From positions 704,001 through 768,000 of the forward strand of contig CAWKKR010000008.1 of NCBI GenBank assembly GCA_963850305.1: DNA of 64,000 bases, given 5' to 3'. Shown here in pieces: positions 1 through 18,639 of the stretch (its first letter is position 1; each line of letters starts with the position of its first letter). The DNA is from an uncultured delta proteobacterium (GTDB taxonomy: Bacteria; Myxococcota_A; Polyangia; Polyangiales; Polyangiaceae). The translations under genes were made by a program, and so were the position numbers. Below the pieces are notes generated by a model, which did no database searches, had not been told where the DNA came from, and saw only the letters and a list, made by a program, of their open reading frames with translations.

Positions 1-3938
<3,938 letters not shown>

Positions 3939-3985
3939 GGGTTTCGACTCCTGTACGAAGGCTCGTTCGGTTCACGATACGGCGC

Positions 3986-8107
<4,122 letters not shown>

Positions 8108-8287
8108 CTAGCTATCTCCCAAAAACAATCATCGTGACAGAGCGCGGACAGAGACGCGCGCGCCTCACGAGTGGAACTACGCCACCCGTAAGGCACGCTT
8201 GCCGCTTACAGAACGGGTTTGTCGCCTTCGACCGAAGACGGGGCGACAAGCTTCGTGTAGGTCGAACCAAGGCCTGGTCCGTGTCCT

Positions 8288-8674
8288 TTACTTGACTTCG
8301 ACCTTCGCGCCGGCACCTTCGAGCTTCTTCTTGATCTCGGCGGCCTCGTCCTTGGATGCGCCTTCCTTGATGGGCTTCGGTGCACCTTCGACGAGGTCCT
8401 TCGCTTCTTTGAGGCCGAGATTCGTGATCTCGCGAACGGCCTTGATCACCTGGATCTTGTTCGCGCCGCCATCGGCGAGGATGACGTCGAACTCGGTCTT
8501 CTCTTCGACCGCGGCCGCGGCCGGAGCAGCTCCACCTCCCGCGCCACCGGCGACGGCGACGGGGGCCGCAGAGACGCCCCACTTGGTCTCGAGCTCCTTC
8601 ACGAGCTCTGCGATCTGGATGACGGGGAGATTGGAGAGGTAATCGACGACCTGCTCCTTGGTGACTTCAGCCAT
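8288..8674 (-). CDS. rplL: 50S ribosomal protein L7/L12
   Basis: [10 protein letters not shown]...[24 protein letters not shown]; canonical position. Confidence 0.99.
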   Translation of the reverse strand: MAEVTKEQVVDYLSNLPVIQIAELVKELETKWGVSAAPVAVAGGAGGGAAPAAAAVEEKTEFDVILADGGANKIQVIKAVREITNLGLKEAKDLVEGAPKPIKEGASKDEAAEIKKKLEGAGAKVEVK

Positions 8675-8758
8675 TTTCTTCTAGCTCCTTCAACTAACTT
8701 GAAACGAATGAAAACCTAAACCGATGAGCCGATGCTCGAGCCTCGCAGAACCTGCGCA

Positions 8759-9280
8759 TCAGCCCTTTTGTTCTTTTGCCCTGAGCGCCCGGACCAGATT
8801 GCCGCCGGGAGTATTGAGCAGCATGACGAATCGCTGCGGGGCGGCGATGAGCGTCGCGAGCAGCATCGCGCGCGCCTCGTTCTTGCCGGGCATGTTCGCG
8901 AGCTGGACCTCGACCCCTTTGCCGTCGAGGACCTGCCCTTCGAGGAGCCCGGCCTTTATCTTGAGCTTCTCGTTCTCCCGGACGAAATCCCTGAGAACTT
9001 TTGCGGCCGCACTCGGCTCCTCGTAGCTCCAAGCGATTCCAGTCATGCCCCGGAGCGCAACGTCGAGCTTTCCGAGCCAGGGAGCGCCGGCGAGAGCATG
9101 ACGAACGAGCTTGTTCTTCACGACCCTGTAATCGACGCCGCGCGCCCGCAGGTTGTCCCGAAGCTTCGTCACTTCCTCGACGGTCATTCCCTGAAAGTCG
9201 ATGAAGACAGCCGAGGTCATCTTGGTGAACCGCCCCTTGAGCTCCGCGATTTGCTCTTCCTTGACGGTGCGTAGCATCAC
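8759..9280 (-). CDS. rplJ: 50S ribosomal protein L10
   Basis: [14 protein letters not shown]...YRVVKNKL; lies between rplA and rplL; start may be 9277. Confidence 0.97.
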   Translation of the reverse strand: MMLRTVKEEQIAELKGRFTKMTSAVFIDFQGMTVEEVTKLRDNLRARGVDYRVVKNKLVRHALAGAPWLGKLDVALRGMTGIAWSYEEPSAAAKVLRDFVRENEKLKIKAGLLEGQVLDGKGVEVQLANMPGKNEARAMLLATLIAAPQRFVMLLNTPGGNLVRALRAKEQKG

Positions 9281-9987
9281 CCTTCCTCCTCGCGTGAGCT
9301 GAAGACTGCCGTATCGATTCGAACGCCTGGACCCATCGTGCTCGAGACGGTGATGCTGCGGAGGTAGACGCCTTTTGCCGTGGACGGCTTTCTCTGGATC
9401 AGCTCGCGAATCAGCGCGAATGCGTTCTCCGACAGCTTCTGCGGATCGAAAGAAACCCGGCCGACGCGGCAGTGAACGACGCCGGCCTTGTCGACGCGAT
9501 ATTCGACCTTACCGGCCTTCGCCTCACGCACGGCGCGAGCGACGTCCGGCGTGACCGTGCCGACCTTGGGGTTCGGCATCAAACCACGCGGGCCGAGAAC
9601 ACGCCCGAGCTTGCCCACGGTACCCATCATGTCCGGTGTCGCGATGCAGACCTCGAAGTCGAGCATGCCTTCGGTGATCTTCTTCGCGAGATCATCACCG
9701 CCCGCGTAGTCCGCTCCAGCTTCGAGAGCCTCTTTCTCTTTGTCGCCGCGAGCGAAGACCGCCACGCGGACACTCTTGCCGGTGCCATGAGGGAGCACGA
9801 GCGCGCCGCGAACCATCTGGTCAGCATGCTTCGGGTTCACGCCTAGACGGATCGCGATGTCGACGCTTTCGTCGAACTTCGCGTAAGCGGCCTTCTTGAC
9901 GAGGCCGAGAGCCTCCTCCACGCCAAACCGCTTTTCACGGTCGTATTGCGCAACCGCAACTTTTCTCTTCTTGGCAATCCTGGTCAT
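9277..9987 (-). CDS. rplA: 50S ribosomal protein L1
   Basis: [43 protein letters not shown]. Confidence 0.99.
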   Translation of the reverse strand: MTRIAKKRKVAVAQYDREKRFGVEEALGLVKKAAYAKFDESVDIAIRLGVNPKHADQMVRGALVLPHGTGKSVRVAVFARGDKEKEALEAGADYAGGDDLAKKITEGMLDFEVCIATPDMMGTVGKLGRVLGPRGLMPNPKVGTVTPDVARAVREAKAGKVEYRVDKAGVVHCRVGRVSFDPQKLSENAFALIRELIQRKPSTAKGVYLRSITVSSTMGPGVRIDTAVFSSREEEG

Positions 9988-10048
9988 TTTTTACCTTTCG
10001 CTGGTCCGCGGCGCCTGTCGGAGCCTCCCAGTCGTTCGGGCCTTGGTC

Positions 10049-10498
10049 TCAACCAACCTCGATACCCATGTTCTTGGCAGTGCCGGCGATGGAGCGCGCG
10101 GCCGCCTCGAGATCTTTCGTGTTCATGTCCTGGATCTTCTCCTTCGCGACCGCGCGAACCTGATCCCAGGACAGCTTTCCGATCTTCTTCTTGTTGGGCT
10201 CGGGCGAGCCCGCACCTGGCTTCTTCGACGACGGCAGGCCGAGCGCCTTCTTGAGGAGCACACTCGCAGGTGGCGACTTCATAACGAACGTGTACGTTCG
10301 GTCTGCGTACACCGTGATCACCACGGGGATGATGGTGTCACCGAGCTTTGCGCTCCTGGCGTTGAAGTCTTTACAGAAGCCCATGATGTTCACGCCGTGC
10401 TGGCCGAGGGCCGGGCCCACTGGCGGCGAAGGGTTCGCTTTCCCAGCGGGAAGCTGCAGCTTGATGAACGCGGAGATTTTCTTCTTAGCGGCGGCCAT
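10049..10498 (-). CDS. rplK: 50S ribosomal protein L11
   Basis: [35 protein letters not shown]. Confidence 0.99.
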   Translation of the reverse strand: MAAAKKKISAFIKLQLPAGKANPSPPVGPALGQHGVNIMGFCKDFNARSAKLGDTIIPVVITVYADRTYTFVMKSPPASVLLKKALGLPSSKKPGAGSPEPNKKKIGKLSWDQVRAVAKEKIQDMNTKDLEAAARSIAGTAKNMGIEVG

Positions 10499-10507
10499 GA
10501 CTCTCTC

Positions 10508-11086
10508 TCACCGTTTCTCGACGTGGCTGAAATCCAGCTCAACGGGGGTGGGCCGTCCGAAGATCGACACCATCACCTTCAACTTGTGTTTGTCCGGCTT
10601 CACTTCCTGGACGGTCCCGGAGAAGTTCGCGAACGCGCCGACGATGACGCGAACCTCGTCACCTTCCTGGAATTGCTGGCGCGGCTTCGGCTTGACCGCG
10701 CCCTCCGTGATCCCTTTCCGCAGATCTTCGATGTGCGGCGACTTCACCTCTTGGGGCTTTTGGTTGCCGATGAAGCCGGTAACCTTGGGCGTCTCCTTGA
10801 CGAGGTGCCAGGCTTCTTCGCTCATGAACATCTCGACGAAGAGGTACCCGGGGAAGGTCGTCTTCGAGCGGACCCGGCTCTTCCCGTCCTTGTTCGGAAC
10901 CGTGACGCTCTCGGACGGAATCAGTACTTCGCCGAATCGTTCATCCATCTTGTACTGACGGATGCGCTCGCGAAGCGCCTGCTTCACCTTGTTTTCATAC
11001 CCAGAGTAAGTGGTCACCACGTACCACTTCATGCGCCGTTCGGTCTCGGCTGACTCCAGAGGACTGTTTTCGGTTTCGCTCGTCAT
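10508..11086 (-). CDS. nusG: Transcription termination/antitermination factor NusG
   Basis: KWYVVTTYSGYENKVK, FPGYLFVEM, KOW region, SIFGRPTPVELDF; ATG at 11086 overlaps the secE stop (ATGA). Confidence 0.97.
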   Translation of the reverse strand: MTSETENSPLESAETERRMKWYVVTTYSGYENKVKQALRERIRQYKMDERFGEVLIPSESVTVPNKDGKSRVRSKTTFPGYLFVEMFMSEEAWHLVKETPKVTGFIGNQKPQEVKSPHIEDLRKGITEGAVKPKPRQQFQEGDEVRVIVGAFANFSGTVQEVKPDKHKLKVMVSIFGRPTPVELDFSHVEKR

Positions 11087-11619
11087 GCGCCGTACACCAG
11101 TGTCGTAACGAAGCCCCACAACCGGTCGAGGAGGCCGATGTACACCGTCGCGAGCGCACTCGCCACGACGACCACGATGGTTCCGTTGCGGACGGTCTCT
11201 TTGCTCGGCCAGACGACCTTCGACAGCTCGACCGCGACGTCATCTGACCATTTCCGTAGGCCCGGATTTCGAGCAAGACGGATGACGGTCAGGATGCCGA
11301 GGCCGATACCGAGCACGATCGTGAGCGATGGGCGTTCGTCCTCACCGTAAAGGAGAAGCTGCGGAACTGCCCGGACCGCCGGCGGCCAGGCCGCGAGCGC
11401 ATTCCAGATCCCCGCCAGAACGCGACCGGAGACGAAGGCCACGACGATCCCGACGACGAAGAACGCCGCGTGGACGTACTTCGTCGCGCCCAGGTTCGTC
11501 GGGGATGCTTGTTCGACCGACGGAGCAGGCTCCTCCGCCACGCCGACGATCTCGGTCGGCGAAACGTCGCCCTCGCTGGGCTCGGTCGTGTCGGGTTTGG
11601 TGGTCTGTTCTTCGGACAT
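11083..11619 (-). CDS. secE: Preprotein translocase subunit SecE (long form, about 3 TM)
   Basis: C-terminal ELSKVVWPSKETVRNGTIVVVV motif; sits between tRNA-Trp and nusG. Confidence 0.93.
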   Translation of the reverse strand: MSEEQTTKPDTTEPSEGDVSPTEIVGVAEEPAPSVEQASPTNLGATKYVHAAFFVVGIVVAFVSGRVLAGIWNALAAWPPAVRAVPQLLLYGEDERPSLTIVLGIGLGILTVIRLARNPGLRKWSDDVAVELSKVVWPSKETVRNGTIVVVVASALATVYIGLLDRLWGFVTTLVYGA

Positions 11620-11669
11620 CTTATCGATTCCGTCGGGTCACATCCGCTTGCGGCGAGGAAGCAACCCGG

Positions 11670-11742
11670 CAGGGGCGGAGAGACTCGAACTCCCGACCCG
11701 CGGATTTGGAATCCGCTGCTCTACCAACTGAGCTACGCCCCT
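11670..11742 (-). tRNA. tRNA-Trp(CCA)
   Basis: AGGGGCGTAGCTCAGTTGGTAGAGC...GCGGA-TTCCAAA-TCCGC...GTTCGAG...CGCCCCTG; 3' CCA not encoded (CCG follows). Confidence 0.97.
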
Positions 11743-11893
11743 TCGCACGGAAGTCTCGCTTGCTTCGACCTCAGGGCCACCTCGGTGCTCTCGGTGCTCG
11801 GCGCGCATTCGCACGCTTCCGCGCCTCACCCACCGATCTGACCCTGATTTCTGTGCAATCGAACCTTCCGCCGTTGGTTTTTCCTTCGTGTCT

Positions 11894-12076
11894 TTACTTT
11901 GTTTCTTCGTGGACCGTGTGGGTGTCGCAGGCTTTGCAGAATTTCTTGAGTTTCAGGGGCGGAGAGCCATCTTTTCGAGTTTTCGTCGTCTTGTAGTTGC
12001 GCCGATGGCAAACGGAGCACGCGAGCGCGATGCTGATTCTTCGATTTTCGTTCCTGATGCCCCGGCGCTGCTCCAA
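11894..12076 (-). CDS. rpmG: 50S ribosomal protein L33 (Zn-ribbon type, two CxxC)
   Basis: IALACSVCHRRNYKTTK...LKLKKFCKACDTHTVHEETK; start codon uncertain (TTG). Confidence 0.95.
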   Translation of the reverse strand: MEQRRGIRNENRRISIALACSVCHRRNYKTTKTRKDGSPPLKLKKFCKACDTHTVHEETK

Positions 12077-12086
12077 GCGGTGTCCG

Positions 12087-13277
<1,191 letters not shown>

Positions 13278-13324
13278 CGTCGCTTACCTTGTCCGCTGTC
13301 GTTTGCTAGGGTTTTGGTCTTTCG

Positions 13325-13397
13325 AGCCCACCACCAGGATTGAACTGGTGACCTCGTCCTTACCAAGGACGTGCTCTACCAACTGAGCTAGGTGGGC
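13325..13397 (-). tRNA. tRNA-Thr(GGT)
   Basis: GCCCACCTAGCTCAGTTGGTAGAGCACGTCCTTGGTAAGGACG...GTTCAATCC; cloverleaf directly upstream of tuf. Confidence 0.97.
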
Positions 13398-13404
13398 GCT
13401 GGGC

Positions 13405-13480
13405 TGGAGCGGGAGACCGGGTTCGAACCGGCGACGTTCAGCTTGGAAGGCTGACGCTCTACCAACTGAGCTACTCCCGC
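13405..13480 (-). tRNA. tRNA-Gly(TCC)
   Basis: GCGGGAGTAGCTCAG...CAGCCTTCCAAGCTG...GTTCGAACC...CCGCTCCA. Confidence 0.97.
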
Positions 13481-13575
13481 CTGAGTTCTGAGCCGCTGGT
13501 GCCCGGCTCGTCGGCCTGAGTTGTCCTTCGATGCTTCTTGGTGGTCCTCCGGAGTTTTCGCCCATCTCTGGAGGG

Positions 13576-13658
13576 TGGAGGGTGATGGATTCGAACCAAC
13601 GTAGGCTTGCGCCGGCAGGTTTACAGCCTGCTCCCTTTGGCCACTCGGGCAACCCTCC
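13576..13658 (-). tRNA. tRNA-Tyr(GTA)
   Basis: GGAGGGTTGCCCGAGTGGCCAAAGGGAGCAGGCTGTAAACCTGC, long variable arm, GTTCGAATCC. Confidence 0.96.
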
Positions 13659-13745
13659 GGACTTGAAACTAATTCCTTCTTCCTATTCAGATTTTCGTGA
13701 AGCACGACGCCGGAACTTTGGGTGAAGTGAGCCGGGCCAGTTTCG

Positions 13746-13818
13746 AGCTGGCGAGGGGACTCGAACCCCTAACCGCCTGTTTACAAAACAGGTGCTCTAC
13801 CGGTTGAGCTACGCCAGC
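13746..13818 (-). tRNA. tRNA-Thr(TGT)
   Basis: GCTGGCGTAGCTCAACCGGTAGAGCACCTGTTTTGTAAACAGG...GTTCGAGTCC; canonical Thr-Tyr-Gly-Thr-tuf order. Confidence 0.97.
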
Positions 13819-14043
13819 GGGATCGGCGCGACTGCCGTGAGGTAGAAGAGCAGCTGAAGACGGAGCAGAACGCAGATCGAGCAGCACGCGCACCCGAAGG
13901 AGCGCTGCCGAGGCCGCCAGACGGAAACGTCCTAGCTCGCGTCACTGTTTCGCCGTTTGGAAATTGCCAAAAAGAGGCACTCCCCCCGCCTCCCCGCCAG
14001 ACCTGTTTCGTGACGAGCGGCGGGGACCCGAGAGGACCGCGCA

Positions 14044-14072
14044 TGGGTAGCGCCAGGCCCCAGGGGTGTCAA
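14044..14072 (-). promoter_or_regulatory. Candidate sigma-70 promoter for the tRNA-tuf operon
   Basis: TTGACA, 17 nt, TACCCA on the minus strand, about 230 bp upstream of tRNA-Thr; -10 box imperfect. Confidence 0.35.
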
Positions 14073-14266
14073 GCACATTCCGTACCGCGACAGACTGCTC
14101 GTGCATTCAGGTACTTAGCACATGATCCCTCAGTAGATGCCCATCGGCGAGAGCGCCTTCCCCGAAGCATGAAGCTCGGGTCGTCGCGTGGACGGTGGAG
14201 TCGAGTGTATCCTGCCGCGGCGGCGGGAACGAGGTCGGCCGTGACTTGGTGCCAAGAACCCGTTCA

Positions 14267-14392
14267 GTAGTTCCGCATCGACGAGCAGCGTCGTCCCCGA
14301 GGAATGAAAGCGGTGCGGAACTACCGAGCGCAGCGAGTACCGGGGGGAGGGGTTGCGTAGCAAGCCCCGGGGGGCGGGCAACGCCCCCCTTT
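14267..14392 (+). repeat. GTAG-type palindromic repeat element (copy A)
   Basis: GTAGTTCCGCA(14267-77)...TGCGGAACTAC(14314-24) inverted repeat plus two G/C hairpins; near-identical reverse copy at 48845-48961, diverged copy at 19189. Confidence 0.85.
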
Positions 14393-14400
14393 CCTAGTAG

Positions 14401-14510
14401 ATGGACCCGGAGCCCTGCGAGCACCCCGAATTGTGACCGCGGGTCGAAAGATCCGGGAGCACGCCTAGTAGACTTCGATGACGAGGGCTCCTCTCGACGC
14501 GCCGAAAGGA
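14401..14510 (+). ncRNA. Putative IS110 bridge/seek RNA in the left non-coding end
   Basis: Outer stem GGAGCCCT(14409-16)/AGGGCTCC(14484-91), inner CCCG..GACC-GCG-GGTC..CGGG hairpin, and internal CCTAGTAGA(14464-72) identical to the element junction. Confidence 0.6.
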
Positions 14511-14514
14511 GGAG

Positions 14515-15747
14515 ATGGTCATGGAAGTCATGTATCCCCGTTGCGCGGGCCTCGACGTCCACAAGGATAGCGTCGTTGCCTGCGTGCGCTGCGTCAGCGA
14601 ACCAACGCGGCGCGAGGTCCGAACGTTCGGCACGACCACACGTAGCCTCTTCGAGCTGGCGGAATGGCTCGAGGAGCACGGCGTGACCCACGTGGCGATG
14701 GAGGCCACCGGCGTGTACTGGAAGCCGGTCTGGCACATGCTCGAAGGGAGCTTCGAACTCGTGCTCGCGAACGCCCAGCACATTCGCAACGTGCCAGGGC
14801 GCAAGACCGACGTGAACGACGCGACGTGGATCGCCGATCTGCTCGCGCACGGGCTGATCCGCAGCAGTTTCGTGCCTCCTGCGCGAATCCAGGAGCTGCG
14901 CGATCTCACTCGAACGCGCGCGCAGCTCGTGCGAGAAATCGCCCAGCACACGCTGCGCATACAGAAAACGCTCGAGGACTCGAACATCAAGGTCGCGAGC
15001 GTCCTGTCCAGCGTGCTCGGGACCAGCGGCCGGGCGATGCTCGCCGCTCTCATCGCCGGAGAAGATGACCCCGAGCGCCTTGCCGATCTCGCGGTCGGTA
15101 CCGCGCGCAAGAAGAGGGCCGACTTGATCGAAGCGCTGCGCGGGCGGGTTACCCCTCATCACCGAGCCATGCTGAAGCTGCATCTCGGCGTCATCGGCTC
15201 GCTCGAAGGGGCCCTGGCCGAGATCGATGCAGCTGCGGGAAAAGCGCTGGAGCCGATCCGGGCGCACGCCGAGATCCTGACGACGATGCCGGGAGTGAGT
15301 GACATCGTCGCGAACGTGATCGTGGCGGAGATCGGCGTCGACATGTCGCGCTTCCCGTCTGCGGGACACCTCGTGTCCTGGGCCGGCCTCTGCCCCCGCA
15401 ACGACGAGAGCGCCGGCAAGCGTCGCTCGACGCGCGTCCGCAAGAGCGCCAACTGGCTCAAGACGACGCTCGTCACATCCGCCTGGGCCGCGGTGCGCAC
15501 GAAGGAAAGCTACCTTCGAGCCCAGTTTCTCCGGCTCAAGTCCCGCCGTGGAGCAAAGAAGGCGATCTTGGCCGTCGCCGCATCGATGCTCACCGCCGCC
15601 TTCTACATGCTCCGCGACGGCACTCCCTACCGCGACCTCGGACCCCATCACTTCGACCGCCGCGACCAGAGCAAGACCATCAAACGCCTCGTCCGCCGCT
15701 TGACCGACCTCGGCTGCGAAGTCGAGATCAAACCTCATGCGGCGTAG
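14515..15747 (+). CDS. IS110 family transposase/recombinase
   Basis: GLDVHKD, VAMEATG, KTDVNDA (RuvC-like DEDD) and C-terminal ESAGK serine motif; AGGAGG RBS upstream; start 14515 or 14521. Confidence 0.97.
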   Translation: MVMEVMYPRCAGLDVHKDSVVACVRCVSEPTRREVRTFGTTTRSLFELAEWLEEHGVTHVAMEATGVYWKPVWHMLEGSFELVLANAQHIRNVPGRKTDVNDATWIADLLAHGLIRSSFVPPARIQELRDLTRTRAQLVREIAQHTLRIQKTLEDSNIKVASVLSSVLGTSGRAMLAALIAGEDDPERLADLAVGTARKKRADLIEALRGRVTPHHRAMLKLHLGVIGSLEGALAEIDAAAGKALEPIRAHAEILTTMPGVSDIVANVIVAEIGVDMSRFPSAGHLVSWAGLCPRNDESAGKRRSTRVRKSANWLKTTLVTSAWAAVRTKESYLRAQFLRLKSRRGAKKAILAVAASMLTAAFYMLRDGTPYRDLGPHHFDRRDQSKTIKRLVRRLTDLGCEVEIKPHAA

Positions 15748-15753
15748 AGCTTC

Positions 15754-17067
15754 CTAGTAGCCCCGTCCGCCTTCGGCTCGCGCTCGAGCCCGCCGCTCGA
15801 GGTCGGCCAGGGCTTGCTCGAGGACTTCTCTGGTAAAAGGGAGTCGCGCCAGCGCCGCGTCCTCGTCTTTGACACTCTGCTCCAGCGAGCGTTTCGACTC
15901 GGCGGCCCGCTGAACCCACGCAGAGTGCTCGTCGGCACGATTCGCCATGGCCAGGGTGTGATCCATCATCGCGAGGCCCTTCGTGAGCAGAACCGAATAC
16001 CGGAGCCGCATGGCGCCCTCGAAAAGCTGCGTTTTTGCTGGAGTCGATGCCCCGGTCGGCGGCGGAATGCGCATGAGCTCCGCGTGGAGCTTCTGATAGA
16101 GCTCTCCGACACGGAACCCGGCCATCGCCGACCAGTGGGCGTCGTACGCCCGCATCGTATCGGAGTAGGCGCTCTGCGCGTCGAGCAAAAGCTGGCACCG
16201 GCGCTCGAGGGCGGCGGGGAAATCCCGAGGTAACGGCTGGAAGACGACACGCTCGCCGCGAATGCGCCGTAGTTCCCCGAGCGCGAAGTAGAGCGAGGCC
16301 AGGTCGCGCGGGAGCGCTCCGGCAGCGTCGAGGCGCTCGGCATCCACGACGTCCCGCCCTTTGCCGATGAAGTACTCGGCCGCATCGGGCTGACCGGAGA
16401 AAATCAGCGAAAGTGCCTTTCCCGCGTAAACGGCGACACGGTCGAGGCTCGTGAGTTCGGAAACGCGGGCCATCAGAGCGTCCGCCGTTCGACCTGCCTC
16501 CGGCCAGCGCTCGAGGTACGAAAGAAGTCGGACGCTCCGGACCAACGCTTCGCGCGCGAGCGGATCGCCGGGATATCGTCGGGCCGTCTCTTCGTACCGC
16601 GCTGTCGCACCGTCGAGATCGCCGAGCTGATCGTGCGCAGCAGCGGCGTCGAACCACGCTTCCTCCGCACGAGAGCCATCGGGGTCGAGCGCCGTGACGC
16701 GGTCGAATCCACGCGCCGCGTCAGCGAACCGGCCTGCACCGAGGTCCACCCGTGCGCGAGCGAGGATCTCGTCGACGCTCGTGGCGTCGGTCGGGGTCAC
16801 GACCGTGCGGGGAACGACAATCGGCGTGGCCACTCGTGGGGATGCAGGTGGACTTTCGGCGCGGGGCGTCATGGCGGACGCCGCACAACCACTCACCGCG
16901 TCGCAAAGCGCCGCGAGGAGCGCCACCCTCACGAATGTTGCGACCCGTCGCGCCCGCCCGGACGAATGAAACCCACGTGAAACTGAGCGCGCCGGGACCG
17001 ACTCGCTGGTTCCCGGGCACCGCTCGGTGGTGGGCGCGCGGCGCGTCGAAAACGATTGACCAGCCAT
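15754..17067 (-). CDS. TPR-repeat protein, probable lipoprotein (true start probably near 16930)
   Basis: Helical TPR-like repeats (AEEAWFDAAAAHDQLGD, ARRYPGDPLAREAL); hydrophobic stretch ending VSGC. Confidence 0.7.
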   Translation of the reverse strand: MAGQSFSTRRAPTTERCPGTSESVPARSVSRGFHSSGRARRVATFVRVALLAALCDAVSGCAASAMTPRAESPPASPRVATPIVVPRTVVTPTDATSVDEILARARVDLGAGRFADAARGFDRVTALDPDGSRAEEAWFDAAAAHDQLGDLDGATARYEETARRYPGDPLAREALVRSVRLLSYLERWPEAGRTADALMARVSELTSLDRVAVYAGKALSLIFSGQPDAAEYFIGKGRDVVDAERLDAAGALPRDLASLYFALGELRRIRGERVVFQPLPRDFPAALERRCQLLLDAQSAYSDTMRAYDAHWSAMAGFRVGELYQKLHAELMRIPPPTGASTPAKTQLFEGAMRLRYSVLLTKGLAMMDHTLAMANRADEHSAWVQRAAESKRSLEQSVKDEDAALARLPFTREVLEQALADLERRARARAEGGRGY

Positions 17068-17134
17068 CAGACTTCTCTACCTTGATAACCAGAGCCGGGT
17101 GGTTCTTGGGTCTCACCATAAGGAGAGTCCGCCG

Positions 17135-17341
17135 ATGAAAGTGGCGACGATGACCGCGTCCGATCGAATCCTCGAGCTGGAGTCGGAACATCGCAGCCTC
17201 GATCAGAGGCTTCGTGTCCTGTCGCGCCGAGCTTACCTGACGCCGGCCGAACAGCAGGAAGCAGCCTACCTCAAGCGCCAGAAGCTGTCGGCGAAGGATC
17301 GGCTCCACGCCCTCGCGCGCGTCCACCTCTCCGAAGATTGA
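17135..17341 (+). CDS. DUF465/YdcH-like small coiled-coil protein
   Basis: LESEHRSLDQRL...LKRQKLSAKDRL; AAGGAG RBS at about 17120. Confidence 0.85.
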   Translation: MKVATMTASDRILELESEHRSLDQRLRVLSRRAYLTPAEQQEAAYLKRQKLSAKDRLHALARVHLSED

Positions 17342-17369
17342 CGAGAGACGACCCGACGGCGGTCACCCT

Positions 17370-17795
17370 TCACTGCTTATCGTCGTCAGTCGGCGCGCGA
17401 GCATGTTCCACGGCGGTGGACGCACTGTTGTCCACGGCTTCGGCCCCGCCGTAGACCTCCTTGTTGAGATCCGCGAGAGCTTCTTCCGTCCGTGACTTCC
17501 AGTCGGCGGTGAGGCCCCCTGGATGCTCTTGCTCCAGGGCCTTGGCGATTGCGAGCCAGTGTCGTGCGTCCGGGCGGAAGCCGAGACGATAATCGGTCAT
17601 GCCTCGCAAGTAGGCGTACCGCGACTGATCGTCGAAGGAGAGCGAGTCCGTGTCGGGCTCGAGGTTACGCCAGAGGGCGAGCGACTTCTCGTACTGGTTC
17701 TCGTCGTACATGCGCTGGCCGCGGTCCAGCTGGTCGCGATACGTCGAGCACGCCCCGACGAGGAACAGAACGAGGACGAGCGAAACTTGTCGCAT
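17370..17795 (-). CDS. TPR-like lipoprotein
   Basis: MRQVSLVLVLFLVGA-C lipobox; YAYLRGMTDYRLG..ARHWL; paralog of 37032-37493. Confidence 0.75.
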   Translation of the reverse strand: MRQVSLVLVLFLVGACSTYRDQLDRGQRMYDENQYEKSLALWRNLEPDTDSLSFDDQSRYAYLRGMTDYRLGFRPDARHWLAIAKALEQEHPGGLTADWKSRTEEALADLNKEVYGGAEAVDNSASTAVEHARAPTDDDKQ

Positions 17796-17855
17796 GCGTT
17801 TCTCAGCGTAAATGACCGCGCGCGCCACGGCAACGGTCTTCGGGATAAAGCGAGA

Positions 17856-18626
17856 TCAGGCGTCTCTCTGCACGCGCGCGAAGCGTAGCCGCACGACGGG
17901 GAGCCCGTCCGCGACTGCACGGCGCTCTCGCGGGCTCATGGCTCGGTATGGATTCTCCGCGAGTCGCGGGGTCCCCGGCGCATCGCCGAGCGGCGCGAAC
18001 CCTGGCACGTCCGCGACGAGAGCCTCGAATTCGTCGGCGCGTTCCTCGACATCGGTCTGAAAAAAGAGCTCCCCGCCCGCCACCGTGACGCGCGCGATTT
18101 GCCGGAGGAGGTCCGCTGAAGCGACGAGTCGCTTTCGGTGGCGCTTCTTCCACCATGGATCTGGAAAGTTCATGAAAACAGCACGCACGGTCCCGGCACG
18201 CAGCCGGGGCAAGGCGTTGCGCGCGTCTTCCGCGAATACGCGCGCCCGGTCCCCGAAACCGCGAGCCCGCAGGCGTTCGTCGACGATGGTCGCCCACTTC
18301 CGCCGGATCTCGAATCCGACCATGGCGGCGGTCGGGTCCGCCGAGAGGCGCTCGAAGAGAAACCCACCTCTGCCGGGCCCAATTTCGATCTCGACGGGGC
18401 CGACGCCTCCGGTCACGAGCGAGCGCGGCTCCAAATCGTCGCCTGGGGGAAGCGTCGGAGCGTGTTCGTAGCGGTTCGGCTGCGGCACGACGGAGCGCTC
18501 GATAGCCCGGAACGTCGGGACGGTCCACGGCCGCGTACGACGCGGCGGGATAGAGGACCTCGAGATCCCGGCAGCGCCGGGCCGTGCGCGACAATCGTTG
18601 CCCCTCGCGAAGCGCCGGATGAACAA
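17856..18626 (-). CDS. trmB: tRNA (guanine-N7)-methyltransferase (true start probably near 18490)
   Basis: EIEIGPGRGGFL, GFEIR, NFPDPWWKKRHRKR, FQTDV motifs. Confidence 0.92.
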   Translation of the reverse strand: MFIRRFARGNDCRARPGAAGISRSSIPPRRTRPWTVPTFRAIERSVVPQPNRYEHAPTLPPGDDLEPRSLVTGGVGPVEIEIGPGRGGFLFERLSADPTAAMVGFEIRRKWATIVDERLRARGFGDRARVFAEDARNALPRLRAGTVRAVFMNFPDPWWKKRHRKRLVASADLLRQIARVTVAGGELFFQTDVEERADEFEALVADVPGFAPLGDAPGTPRLAENPYRAMSPRERRAVADGLPVVRLRFARVQRDA

Positions 18627-18639
18627 TCACGCACGCTAG

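Larger units (their letters stand above)
14391..15760 (+). mobile_element. IS110-family insertion sequence
   Basis: DEDD transposase bracketed by identical TTCCTAGTAG at 14391-14400 and 15751-15760; no terminal inverted repeats; long non-coding left end, very short right end. Confidence 0.9.

Noticed and set aside
13569..13582. Duplicated CCCTCCA at the tRNA-Tyr 3' end as a possible att site
   Set aside because: Only 7 bp, directly adjacent, inside an intact tRNA operon, with no integrase nearby
14107..15738. 543-aa minus-strand ORF over the IS110
   Set aside because: Antisense shadow of the transposase running into the repeat; no domain features
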